From: an uncultured cyanobacterium
Lineage (GTDB): Bacteria > Cyanobacteriota > Cyanobacteriia > Cyanobacteriales > Cyanobacteriaceae
Assembly (NCBI GenBank): GCA_963749915.1
Contig: CAVVOP010000030.1
Coordinates: 1-60,332 of the forward strand
Length of the DNA: 60,332 nucleotides
Direction of reading: 5' to 3'
The notes under the pieces were generated by a model. The model saw nothing but the letters and a program-made list of their open reading frames with translations. It had not been told where the DNA came from and did no database searches. A program made the position numbers and the translations under genes. Of the stretch, positions 17,826-28,001 are shown piece after piece. Position 1 is the stretch's first letter. Every line of letters begins with the position of its first letter.

Positions 17826-20036
17826 ATGACTAACACCAAAGCATCATCAGGATTAGGAACTTTTGGCGGAGTTTACACCCCCTCAATTTTAACCATTTTG
17901 GGTGTAATTATGTATCTTCGTTTTGGTTGGGTAGTGGGTAATGTGGGACTTATTGGCACATTAATCATTGTCACTCTTTCCAATTCCATTACTTTTTTAA
18001 CCTCTTTATCGATATGTGCCATCGCTACCGATAGAGTAGTAAGGGCTGGTGGTGCTTATTATATGATTAGTAGGTCCTTAGGGATAGAAACAGGTGGTGC
18101 GGTGGGTATTCCTCTTTATTTCGCCCAAGCCTTTTCCGTTGCCCTTTATACCATTGGTTTTGCTGAAAGTGTTGTCGAAATTTTCCCAATTTTTGCAAAC
18201 TATCAAACTTATATTGCTTTAATTACCACTGCCGGGGTGGGGTTTTTGGCATTAACTAGTGCTCAAATTGCCATCAAAGCTCAATACTTTATTATGGTGG
18301 CGATTGTCTTATCTTTAATTTCCTTTGGTTTTGGTCACCCTGTTGAAGCCACACAGGTAGAAATGTTTAACACTACCGATAAATCATTTTGGGAAGTATT
18401 CGCCGTGTTTTTTCCCGCGGTGACGGGGATTATGGCGGGGGTTAATATGTCAGGAGATTTAAAAGATCCGATCAAATCGATTCCTACGGGTACTTTAGCG
18501 GCAGTGGCTACAGGTTATGTAATTTATATGATTTTACCTATTCTTTTATCCTTAAGAGCTAACTCCCAAACATTGATTGATCAACCCTTTATTATGGAAC
18601 AAATGGCATTTTGGGGACCTGCTATTGCTTTAGGAGTATGGGGTGCAACTCTGAGTAGTGCCATCGGTAGTATGCTAGGTGCACCTAGGGTTTTACAGGC
18701 ATTATGTCGAGATGGAATTTTTCCAAAATCGATGAGTTTTCTTAGTCAAGGTAGTGGTGTTGATGATGAACCTCGCACTGGTACAGCCGTCACTTTAGGT
18801 ATTTCGATCGCTGCGGTTTGTATCGGGGACTTAAATTTAATTGCCCCAATCTTGACGATGTTTTTTTTGACAACTTATCTAGTTCTAAATGTGTCCGCAG
18901 GAATAGAAGGTTTTTTGCAGAGTCCTTCTTTTCGACCTACATTTAAAGTACATTGGTCATTATCCTTATTGGGTGCCTTAGGTTGTCTTTGGGTGATGTT
19001 TTTAATCAATGCTTTGGCAACTATTGTGGCCGCTTTAATTGTTTTATCAATATTTTTCTATCTGCAAAACAAGGAATTGAGGGTGACATGGGGAGATGCC
19101 CGTCAAGGAATTTGGATGGCTTTATTAAGGGAAGGTATTTATCAAGTAGATCATTTTGAAGATCCTAAAAACTGGCGCCCCCATATTTTAGCCTTTTCTG
19201 GTTCACCTCAAAAACGTTGGTCTTTAGTAGAATTAGCTGATAGTTTAAATCATAAAGGACTACTTACCATCGCCAGTATTTTACCTTTAGAATATCGAGA
19301 TTATGAAGCAAGAAGGGGCTTAGAAAAAACGATTCGAGATTATGTCGAGAAAAAAGGTGTTCAGGCTTTAGTAAGATTAACCACAGCATCAAATTTTGCC
19401 GAAGGTATCCTTAAACTAGTGGAAATTTATGGTATTGGACCTTTAGTACCCAACACCATTCTAATCGGTGACAGCAGTGCTTCTTTTAATGATGATAAAC
19501 AAAGCCATGAAAAATATTGTGAGATGATCACTAAGCTTCATTCTTGGAAACGGAATCTATTAATTTTTAAAGAAGATTCTTACAAAAACATTAGCAATAG
19601 CACAATTCCACTTCGTAAACGCACGAGAATTGATGTTTGGTGGGGAGGAATGCAGGCAAACGGTAGCCTAATGTTATTATTGGCTTATTTGTTGCGGAAT
19701 GATTGGCAATGGCGTAGGGCAAAAATTATGCTTAAACTAATGGTAAATGATCAAAACGCTGCTGAATCTACTAAGGAAAATCTTAAAAATTTAACGGCTA
19801 AAATGAATATGGACATAATTCCTCATATTTTAGTATCAGACGGACGATCCTTTGATGATGTTTTATATGATAATTCTAAAAGTGCAGATTTAATTTTCCT
19901 AGGATTAGCAACCCCAAATGAGAACTTTGCTCAATATTATCAGAATTGGCAGAATAGAACTAAACATCTTCCTGACACCATTTTTGTTTTAGCTGCCCCC
20001 GGATTTCCCTTTGAAGAGGTACTTGCAAAAAATTAA
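17826..20036 (+). CDS. cation-chloride cotransporter (SLC12-like) / amino acid permease
   Basis: LGTFGGVYTP, GGAYYMISRSLG, FFPAVTGIMAG.NMSGDL, KNWRPHIL, IDVWW. Confidence 0.88.
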   Translation: MTNTKASSGLGTFGGVYTPSILTILGVIMYLRFGWVVGNVGLIGTLIIVTLSNSITFLTSLSICAIATDRVVRAGGAYYMISRSLGIETGGAVGIPLYFAQAFSVALYTIGFAESVVEIFPIFANYQTYIALITTAGVGFLALTSAQIAIKAQYFIMVAIVLSLISFGFGHPVEATQVEMFNTTDKSFWEVFAVFFPAVTGIMAGVNMSGDLKDPIKSIPTGTLAAVATGYVIYMILPILLSLRANSQTLIDQPFIMEQMAFWGPAIALGVWGATLSSAIGSMLGAPRVLQALCRDGIFPKSMSFLSQGSGVDDEPRTGTAVTLGISIAAVCIGDLNLIAPILTMFFLTTYLVLNVSAGIEGFLQSPSFRPTFKVHWSLSLLGALGCLWVMFLINALATIVAALIVLSIFFYLQNKELRVTWGDARQGIWMALLREGIYQVDHFEDPKNWRPHILAFSGSPQKRWSLVELADSLNHKGLLTIASILPLEYRDYEARRGLEKTIRDYVEKKGVQALVRLTTASNFAEGILKLVEIYGIGPLVPNTILIGDSSASFNDDKQSHEKYCEMITKLHSWKRNLLIFKEDSYKNISNSTIPLRKRTRIDVWWGGMQANGSLMLLLAYLLRNDWQWRRAKIMLKLMVNDQNAAESTKENLKNLTAKMNMDIIPHILVSDGRSFDDVLYDNSKSADLIFLGLATPNENFAQYYQNWQNRTKHLPDTIFVLAAPGFPFEEVLAKN

Positions 20037-20070
20037 AGTTTGTTCTGTGCAAAAATATTCCCACAAAAAA

Positions 20071-20109
20071 AGCGATCGCATCACGTCTGTTAAGGATAAA
20101 TCGATCGCT
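20071..20109. terminator. HIP1-based hairpin between convergent genes
   Basis: AGCGATCG...CGATCGCT arms with flanking A tracts. Confidence 0.45.
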
Positions 20110-20134
20110 AAAAAGAATATAATGAAAGAAATAA

Positions 20135-21130
20135 TTAACGGAACATAATACTTACAGAACTATCTTCATGAATACGCCAAATAGTTTCCCCGAGGAGATT
20201 TGCTACCGATAAAACCTTCAATTGAGGGAAATAATTATCAAGGGGTATGGGGATAGTATTGGTTACAATTACCTCTTCAAACACTTCATTTGAAAGACGA
20301 GATACAGCAGGACCTGAAAATACGGCATGAGTAGCACAAGCATAAATTTTATTTGCACCTTCTTTTTTCAAGAGTCTTGCACCTTCTAACAAGGTACCAG
20401 CAGTATCGATCATATCATCTACTAATACTGCATTTTTACCCTTAACATCGCCAATTACATTCATTACTTCAGCGACATTATGGGCTTGACGACGTTTATC
20501 GATAATCGCTAAGGGTGCGTCATTTAATTTTTTGGCAACAGCTCTGGCCCTCGCTACACCGCCAACATCAGGAGATACAACCACGAGATCTTCTAAATTT
20601 TTATGGGTCAAATAATCTAAGATGACAGGAGAACCATAAACGTGATCTAAGGGAATATCAAAATATCCTTGAATTTGGGCAGAATGTAAGTCCATCGCTA
20701 AGACTCTATGTGCCCCCGCTTTGGTGATCAGATTGGCTACTAATTTGGCGGAAATAGATTCCCTACCGGCGGTTTTACGATCTGCTCTGGCATAGGAGTA
20801 ATAGGGGATTACTGCTGTAATTTGCCGTGCCGATGCCCGACGACAAGCATCAATCATGATCATCAACTCCATCAGGTTATCGTTGACGGGGTTACAACAA
20901 GGCTGGATTAAATAAACATCACAACCTCGGATAGATTCTTGAATTTGGACGTATAATTCACCGTCCGCAAATCTTTTACGAATCATTGGTCCTAAATCCA
21001 TGCCTAAATAACGAGCCACTTCCGTAGCTAAACCGATATTAGCTGAACCAGAAAACAGTCTTAAACGATTATTGTCCGACACTTGTTGTTGCAACGTCGT
21101 ACTGAGTGTTAAAGGGGCAGAATGAATCAC
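20135..21130 (-). CDS. prs: ribose-phosphate pyrophosphokinase
   Basis: RFADGE, YARADRK, DLHSAQIQGYFD, VDDMIDTAGT. Confidence 0.97.
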   Translation of the reverse strand: MIHSAPLTLSTTLQQQVSDNNRLRLFSGSANIGLATEVARYLGMDLGPMIRKRFADGELYVQIQESIRGCDVYLIQPCCNPVNDNLMELMIMIDACRRASARQITAVIPYYSYARADRKTAGRESISAKLVANLITKAGAHRVLAMDLHSAQIQGYFDIPLDHVYGSPVILDYLTHKNLEDLVVVSPDVGGVARARAVAKKLNDAPLAIIDKRRQAHNVAEVMNVIGDVKGKNAVLVDDMIDTAGTLLEGARLLKKEGANKIYACATHAVFSGPAVSRLSNEVFEEVIVTNTIPIPLDNYFPQLKVLSVANLLGETIWRIHEDSSVSIMFR

Positions 21131-21296
21131 GGCAAATTCTTTAACCTCTTAATGTTGAGTACTAATTTATTGATTTGTTTTACCCTTTTATTGCACAGGA
21201 TATTTTAACTCTAGCATTATACCTTACAATATAAATGAACTTTTTATTAATTTTTTTGGCATTTTTTCTTAATCTTTTATACTTATTTATTATTAC

Positions 21297-21950
21297 ATGA
21301 AAACCTTACTCATTGCCGGGACGGATACTGATGCCGGAAAAACCATTATTACTACGGCTTTAAGGGCATATTACCAGGAATATTTTTCAGATTTAAACAT
21401 TGGTTTAATGAAATTATTGCAAACTGGGAAACAAGGGGATGGGGAGTTTTATCAACGATTTTTTGATGATGTAGTTATTCCTTTAAGATTTGATGCCTCT
21501 GTTGCACCTCCTATAGCGGCAGATTTAGAAGGTAAGTCCATTGATTTGGGGCTTATTTGGCAAAGTTTAGTTAAATTACAACAAACTAACGATCTGGTGT
21601 TATTAGAGGCCTTCGGGGGTTTAGGTAGTCCTATCACCCATGAGCTAACCATTGCCGATTTAGCGGGGAGTTGGCGCTTAGACACTATTTTAGTTGTTCC
21701 TGTAAAGTTAGGGGCTATTGCTCATACTGTGGCAAATGTAGCTTTAGCAAGACATCACAAAGTGAAACTTAAAGGTATTATTTTTAACTGTGTTAATCCT
21801 TGTACCAATGAAGATATAAAGCATTGGACGCCGAAGGACTTAGTCGAATCCTTAACTCAAGTGTCAGTTTTAGGTTATCTTCCTCATGTGGAAAATATTG
21901 ATAATTTATCTGATTTAGCCCGAATTACTGCTAATTCTTTAAACTTATAA
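21297..21950 (+). CDS. bioD: dethiobiotin synthase
   Basis: GTDTDAGKT, LEAFGGL. Confidence 0.9.
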   Translation: MKTLLIAGTDTDAGKTIITTALRAYYQEYFSDLNIGLMKLLQTGKQGDGEFYQRFFDDVVIPLRFDASVAPPIAADLEGKSIDLGLIWQSLVKLQQTNDLVLLEAFGGLGSPITHELTIADLAGSWRLDTILVVPVKLGAIAHTVANVALARHHKVKLKGIIFNCVNPCTNEDIKHWTPKDLVESLTQVSVLGYLPHVENIDNLSDLARITANSLNL

Positions 21951-22031
21951 AAACTTTGAACCGTACTATATTTTCTATTCCCTTATCTTCATCAGTCACC
22001 TACTTATTGAGCAAAATCCCTTATCAAAATC

Positions 22032-22841
22032 ATGATTCAGGAAAAATTAACCCAATTGCACCGTGTTTTTCAAGAAATGGGTACAGCCTTAATTGCCTAT
22101 TCTGGGGGTGTTGACAGTACTTTAGTGGCGAAAGTTGCCTTTGACGTTTTAGGCGATCTCAGTATTGCTATTACCGCAGTATCACCGTCACTATTACCCG
22201 AAGAATTAGACGAAGCGCAACAACAGGCACAAATTATCGGTATAAAACACGAGTTAATTGAAACGGAGGAGATGAATAACCCTAACTACACTTCAAATCC
22301 CGTTAATCGTTGTTATTTTTGCAAAAGTGAGTTGCACGATAAACTTAGACCTCTTGCTATTGAAAGAGGCTATCCTTATGTAATTGACGGCGTTAATGCT
22401 GATGATTTACAAGATTATCGTCCAGGTATTCAGGCGGCAAAGGAAAAAGGTGTGCGATCTCCCTTAGCAGAAATCGGTATAACTAAGGTAGAAGTTAGAG
22501 AAATAACAAAAATATTGGGCTTACCTTGGTGGGATAAACCTTCACAACCCTGTTTATCCTCTCGTTTTCCTTACGGGGAAGAAATCACCGATGAGAAACT
22601 ATATCGTGTGGGTAGGGCCGAAATTTATTTAAGGAAATTGGGTTATAGTAATCTTCGGGTGCGATCGGATGGTGGTACTGCTAAGATTGAATTATTATCG
22701 GATCAAATTGCTGATTTTGTCTTAAAAACAAATCTTGCTGAAGTTGTCAGTCATTTTAAATCATTAGGTTTTAGTTATGTAACTCTCGACTTAGAAGGTT
22801 ACCGCAGTGGTAAATTAAATAGACTTATTTTAAATAACTAA
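22032..22841 (+). CDS. larE: ATP-dependent sacrificial sulfur transferase LarE family
   Basis: AYSGGVDS, RCYFCK, RPG, PCLSSRFPYG, GYRSG. Confidence 0.88.
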   Translation: MIQEKLTQLHRVFQEMGTALIAYSGGVDSTLVAKVAFDVLGDLSIAITAVSPSLLPEELDEAQQQAQIIGIKHELIETEEMNNPNYTSNPVNRCYFCKSELHDKLRPLAIERGYPYVIDGVNADDLQDYRPGIQAAKEKGVRSPLAEIGITKVEVREITKILGLPWWDKPSQPCLSSRFPYGEEITDEKLYRVGRAEIYLRKLGYSNLRVRSDGGTAKIELLSDQIADFVLKTNLAEVVSHFKSLGFSYVTLDLEGYRSGKLNRLILNN

Positions 22842-22917
22842 CCTCAGTTTTGGTTAAGCGGATTGAGGTAAAAACCACTCTAAACGAAGACTGGGCTTCT
22901 TTGGTTGGTGGTAATAT

Positions 22918-23279
22918 CTGAGGGGGTGACAACTGGACTCTGATGAGCACAACCTGAGTTCGATGTAACAATAAAACTGAAAATTTAGCACAAACTGACC
23001 GAGATGAACGTCTAATCTGGTCAGTCAAAGAGTATCTTTCTTCGACAGGGAACTGTTTGGATAATTCAAAAATAATCATGATTGCTTCAAACGCTTTTTG
23101 ATAGATGACCAAATCTTCATGAGTTTTAATGGTTCTTTTTTCTTTTTCTCCCTTGTCCACTTTCCCCCCTTGTCCCCCTTTTCTCACCCTCACCAGAATG
23201 CTTTTGTAAAAAGCCTACACTTGTGAGCTTCTCTCTCTTCCCCGAAACATCCTTTTCAGGCTTGTTGTCACCCCTTCAG
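22918..23279. mobile_element. TIR-bounded non-autonomous element carrying four-helix-bundle gene remnant
   Basis: CTGAGGGGGTGACAAC (22918-22933) / GTTGTCACCCCTTCAG (23264-23279), 15/16 inverted match. Confidence 0.65.
22984..23130 (-). pseudogene. truncated four-helix-bundle protein (23S rRNA-IVP / TIGR02436-like)
   Basis: IKTHEDLVIYQKAFE...FPVEERYSLTDQIRRSSRSVCA, then similarity stops where the family continues with N-I/L-AE. Confidence 0.8.
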
Positions 23280-23885
23280 CTATCCTTTACAAGGTCCAAA
23301 AGAAAGACGATGTAAGGCTGTTACACCGTATTTTTTTATGGCTTCCAAATGTTTTTTTGTCCCGTATCCTTTATTGTTCTTTAAATCATACATAGGATAT
23401 TGTTCATGATATTGAATCATTTTCTGATCACGCCAAACTTTAGCCAAGATACTCGTCGCCGCAATGACAGAAGATCGCAAATCACCTTTAACGAGAGTTT
23501 TTTGAGGGTATTTTAACTTCGGCAGAGAAAACTTTCCATCTACTAAACACAGAAAAGGATTAACTGGTAAACCGTGAATTGCATTAGTCATAGCTTGTAG
23601 AGAAGCCTGGAAAATGTTAATTTGATCGATGGTGATATTGTCAACTTCGATAATATGCCAATGAGTGACAATATCTTGAATTTGCGGTACTAAAGCCTCT
23701 CTTTTTTTTGCTGTCAACTTTTTGCTATCCTTCACCCCAATATTTTCTAACCTATACAAATCATGAAAAGGTAACACTAGCGCACAAGCTACCACCTCCC
23801 CGAATAAGGATCCTCTACCCACCTCATCCACTCCGACAATTAAAGCCGAAGCATCAGGAATATAATCATCGAGACAAAAATCCAT
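23280..23885 (-). CDS. rnhB: ribonuclease HII
   Basis: GVDEVGRG, DSKKL, VDG, KGD, SILAKV, KGYGT, HRLSF. Confidence 0.95.
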   Translation of the reverse strand: MDFCLDDYIPDASALIVGVDEVGRGSLFGEVVACALVLPFHDLYRLENIGVKDSKKLTAKKREALVPQIQDIVTHWHIIEVDNITIDQINIFQASLQAMTNAIHGLPVNPFLCLVDGKFSLPKLKYPQKTLVKGDLRSSVIAATSILAKVWRDQKMIQYHEQYPMYDLKNNKGYGTKKHLEAIKKYGVTALHRLSFGPCKG

Positions 23886-23937
23886 AATATAATATTAATG
23901 AGCAATGAACATTGTCAATTATCTACGGCTATACACC

Positions 23938-25980
23938 TTAAGACACCGAGGAAGTAGAAGTGCGACGACGACGAGTTCGTACGACGGGGCGATCCTGTTC
24001 TAAAGCGTCCTTAATTATGGCTTCCGAGATGGTTTCTGGCTCGATAATATTATTAGAAACTCCTTCTTGTGTATCATCGATTTCTATGTCAGCATCATAG
24101 TTACTTTTGTCTATTTCCTCCTGTTCAGATTCTCCTAATTCTGGTTCTAATGTGTCTTCGCAATCATTATTTTCAGGGGATGATACGGTATTAACCATCC
24201 CATCTAAAACAGGATTCTCGGAAATATCTACCGAAGAATTGTGCTTATGGTCAGAATCCTCAAGGATATTTGACTCATCATCAGGAGAGGAAACATATAT
24301 CAATATAGACTTAGGATCTTTGTCTTTAAACTCCTGCCCCAAGTGCAGTATGGGACAAACCCCCATTAAAGCATAAATATCCTGTTCCGCTTCCGTCATC
24401 TTGATGACAACTTTCTCCATCTTACTCTCATCTCGACGAGGAGTACGAGGCAACATGGTACGTTCTTTTCTTTCCGGCTTCGTTTCAGCTTCTGTAACAC
24501 TACCATTGGTGGCAGTAACTAAAATCGGTTCTTCTTTACCGCCAGTTTCCCGACGACGACGACGACGACGAGTGCTGCTAGTTTGTTCTTGATAACTAGG
24601 ATGATTGATTAATTCGAGATCTTCTTGCTCGTTGGTATAATCTTCTAGAAAGTTAGTTTTATCATCTGCCGCAATTTTTTCAGGGTTTTTAGTGACAATA
24701 ATCGGTTGATAATAACTAGCAGGTAAAGGTTCAACTTCATTATGATGACCGGGTAAATGTGCCAGCAATCCTAAACCAGCACAATGAGAACAAGGTAACC
24801 CGAATAATTCATAAATGTTTTTACCCTGACGCTTACGAGTTAATTCCACTAATCCCAACTCTGATAATTGGGCAATTTGCGGACGTGCTTTATCAGTTTT
24901 TAAGGCTCGGTTAAAATGCTCTAATAATTTCAGTTTGTCACGGCGAGAATCCATGTCAATAAAATCAACAATAATGACGCCGCCAATATTTCGTAACTTC
25001 AACTGACGAGCAATCTCCGCCGCCGCTTCATAATTGGTCCACAAAACCGTTTCTCTGGAAGTAGCAGAATGAGTAAATGAACCAGAATTGACATCAATAA
25101 CCGTTAAAGCCTCCGTTGGTTCAATGATAATATAACCTCCAGAAGGCAACTCCACCCTGGGCTTCAAAGCCTCTTTTATCGCCGCATTAACTCGGAAATA
25201 ATCTAAAATCGGACGAGATTCTTGATGATAATCAATGACAACTCCTTGGGGATGTTTTCCCCCACCCCAATTCATTAATTGTTTCTTGACTCTTTTAACA
25301 CTTTCTTCCGAATCCACTACAATACGGTTAACTTCATCTGCGTACATATCTCGTAGCACTCGTTGAATGAAGTCATCATCACGATTGAGCAAAGCAGGAG
25401 GATTGATGGAATTAGCGTCTTGCTGTGTTTTTTCCCACTGTTTTTGTAATAACTCTAAATCCTCAATAATCGCCTCTTCTACTGTGCCTTCTGCCTCTGT
25501 ACGCACTAATAACCCCATTCCCGCCGGTTTTAGTAATATAGCTAGAGCTCGTAAGCGATTACGCTCATTATCATTTTTAATTCTCCGAGATAAACTCACC
25601 CCTCTACCATAAGGCATTAATACTAAGTAACGACCCGGAAGACTAATATTTCCCGTCAAACGAGGACCCTTTGACCCAGTAGGTTCTTTCATTACTTGAA
25701 CCAATACGGATTGTTGAGGAGATAATAATTCAGTAATAGCACCAGCTGTTTTTCTCAGTCTTAAAGGACCTAAATCTGTTACGTGGATAAAACCATTTTT
25801 TTCCGCATCCCCGACATTAACAAAGGCGGCATCGATACCAGAGATAATATTTTCCACTATCCCTAAATAAATATCTCCTACTTGTTGATTTCCAGTGGCA
25901 ACCACTAATTCTTGAATTTGATCTTCAGCAAATACCGCCGCTATATGATTTTTTTCTGCAATAATGATTTGTTTTGGCAT
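23938..25980 (-). CDS. rne: ribonuclease E
   Basis: S1 domain, TVIDVNSG, RNIGGVIIVDFIDM, C-terminal disordered region with Arg runs. Confidence 0.96.
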   Translation of the reverse strand: MPKQIIIAEKNHIAAVFAEDQIQELVVATGNQQVGDIYLGIVENIISGIDAAFVNVGDAEKNGFIHVTDLGPLRLRKTAGAITELLSPQQSVLVQVMKEPTGSKGPRLTGNISLPGRYLVLMPYGRGVSLSRRIKNDNERNRLRALAILLKPAGMGLLVRTEAEGTVEEAIIEDLELLQKQWEKTQQDANSINPPALLNRDDDFIQRVLRDMYADEVNRIVVDSEESVKRVKKQLMNWGGGKHPQGVVIDYHQESRPILDYFRVNAAIKEALKPRVELPSGGYIIIEPTEALTVIDVNSGSFTHSATSRETVLWTNYEAAAEIARQLKLRNIGGVIIVDFIDMDSRRDKLKLLEHFNRALKTDKARPQIAQLSELGLVELTRKRQGKNIYELFGLPCSHCAGLGLLAHLPGHHNEVEPLPASYYQPIIVTKNPEKIAADDKTNFLEDYTNEQEDLELINHPSYQEQTSSTRRRRRRRETGGKEEPILVTATNGSVTEAETKPERKERTMLPRTPRRDESKMEKVVIKMTEAEQDIYALMGVCPILHLGQEFKDKDPKSILIYVSSPDDESNILEDSDHKHNSSVDISENPVLDGMVNTVSSPENNDCEDTLEPELGESEQEEIDKSNYDADIEIDDTQEGVSNNIIEPETISEAIIKDALEQDRPVVRTRRRRTSTSSVS

Positions 25981-26145
25981 TCAATTCCCTCAAAAAAAAT
26001 TTATGAAAGTGTTATTATTCTTTAGACTTTTTACAATTAAAACTAATAGGTTTGCTATTTTTTTGACAACATTTACTCCTAATTTATCGGCCACAAATTT
26101 AGAGATTCATACCTTAAAGATAAAATTTTATGTAAATCATAGATC

Positions 26146-26285
26146 TATAGCAATCAGGAATTATTCGTAAGAATCAAATAATTGTTTTAAAAGGATTCAG
26201 AATCCAGAATTCAGTAGAATAATTCTGACTCCCGACTCCTGACTCCCAGTCTCACCAAAATCTCACAAATCAAAACTGATTGCTA
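26146..26285. mobile_element. MITE-like element with TAGCAATCAG/CTGATTGCTA ends
   Basis: perfect 10-bp inverted ends 26148-26157 / 26276-26285; internal CTGACTC heptamers. Confidence 0.6.
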
Positions 26286-27083
26286 AGGCTGAATTGAAAT
26301 TAAATTAAAGATAGGGTTTTATCTTTTTGTAAATCTCTATGATTAGCTAAGGGAAATATGCAATTATTCATAGCCTCTGTCAATTCTTTTGATGTTTAGT
26401 TCCCTCAGGAATTAAAAAGTCAACCAAGCTTTTATGATCTATAACTATCTCTTTAGCTAAGATCATAAAAGGTTATAAACAAACTGTCTGGAAAACTATG
26501 ATTTTTTTTAGAGTGGGTACTCTGGGATGAAGGATTATCTATTGGTTATTTATTGCTTTTTACTTTAGCCATAGAAACTAATTTTTGATTACACTCATGA
26601 TACTGCTTAATGCGTAGTACATCATTTATATTCATGGAACAATGGAATTAATTGTTTCAGTCAAACAAATATCTTGATTGGATTTAAGATAATTTGGAAT
26701 TGGAATATGTTAGCCCTAAGCTGTATCCTTTTTTTCGGAATAAATGCAATTATAACAAAAATATAACAAAAAAGTGCTTACAAACAAACAATCATAAGGG
26801 ACTTTTTGCTTTTCAATAAATTGTTACGGAAGCTAGGGAGTAGGGAACAGCAGGATCAATTAATTAATGATTTCTATGTAAGACTTAATTTCAATTTTAG
26901 TTTTGCTAGGGGACTACTGGTTTCAAACCCTTGATTTTTTATAGCCTTACCATAGTGTTTAACAAATAATTTTACTTACATACTAATAATAATTGTTACA
27001 GAGTTTGAAGTTATATATCAGAAAAGGTGACGAGGATTATATACTGCTGTAAAGTAAACCTTAAATCGAGAAATCATTGATAA

Positions 27084-27353
<270 letters not shown>

Positions 27354-27374
27354 TAAAATCGTATATGATACTAG

Positions 27375-27414
27375 CAACTGTTGTCATTTTTTTATGACGG
27401 CAGTTGATTTTTTT
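27375..27414 (+). terminator. intrinsic terminator after psaC
   Basis: CAACTGTTGTCAT...ATGACGGCAGTTG stem then T tract. Confidence 0.75.
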
Positions 27415-27430
27415 AGACATTGGTAATTCC

Positions 27431-27829
27431 ATGAATACAAAAAAAGTTATTTATACTAATCGAGCACCTTCCCCAGTAGGTCCTTATAGTCAGGCGATCG
27501 CGGCTCAAGGGGAGTTTATTTTTATGGCTGGACAAATTCCCTTAAATCCTGATACGGGGGAAATTGTGGGAGAGGGTGACATTAGCGCCCAAACGAGACA
27601 AGTTATGGCAAATATTGAAGCAATTTTGAGAGAAGCCGGAGTAAGTTGGTTAAATGTGGTCAAAACAACAGTTTTTTTGCATGATTTAACCAATTTTACC
27701 CCCATGAACCAGGTTTATGGCGAATATTTCCCTGAAAATCCTCCCGCACGTGCCTGTGTGGAAGTGTCTCGTTTACCGAAAGATGTATTGGTGGAAATAG
27801 AATGTATTGCCGTTAAGTTAAATAGTTAA
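27431..27829 (+). CDS. ridA: RidA/YjgF-family deaminase
   Basis: [33 protein letters not shown]. Confidence 0.9.
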   Translation: MNTKKVIYTNRAPSPVGPYSQAIAAQGEFIFMAGQIPLNPDTGEIVGEGDISAQTRQVMANIEAILREAGVSWLNVVKTTVFLHDLTNFTPMNQVYGEYFPENPPARACVEVSRLPKDVLVEIECIAVKLNS

Positions 27830-28001
27830 TGATCGATCATTGACAATTGACAATTGATAATTATTGTGCTTTTCTATTTTTGGCTTAAAATCAAATTAAT
27901 TGATGTTATTCATTACTAATTACTAATGGTTCACTGCTTTTAGTGTTATCTTTAGGAATGAATTTATATCCATTATTTTAATCTATATCTATCCAAATAC
28001 T

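Noticed and set aside
22825..23193. 122-aa ORF as an intact four-helix-bundle or DGR Avd gene
   Set aside because: Only ~49 central codons match the family; no reverse transcriptase or TR/VR pair is present in the window
25964..26170. 68-aa ORF in rne leader
   Set aside because: Antisense, AT-rich, no recognisable motifs
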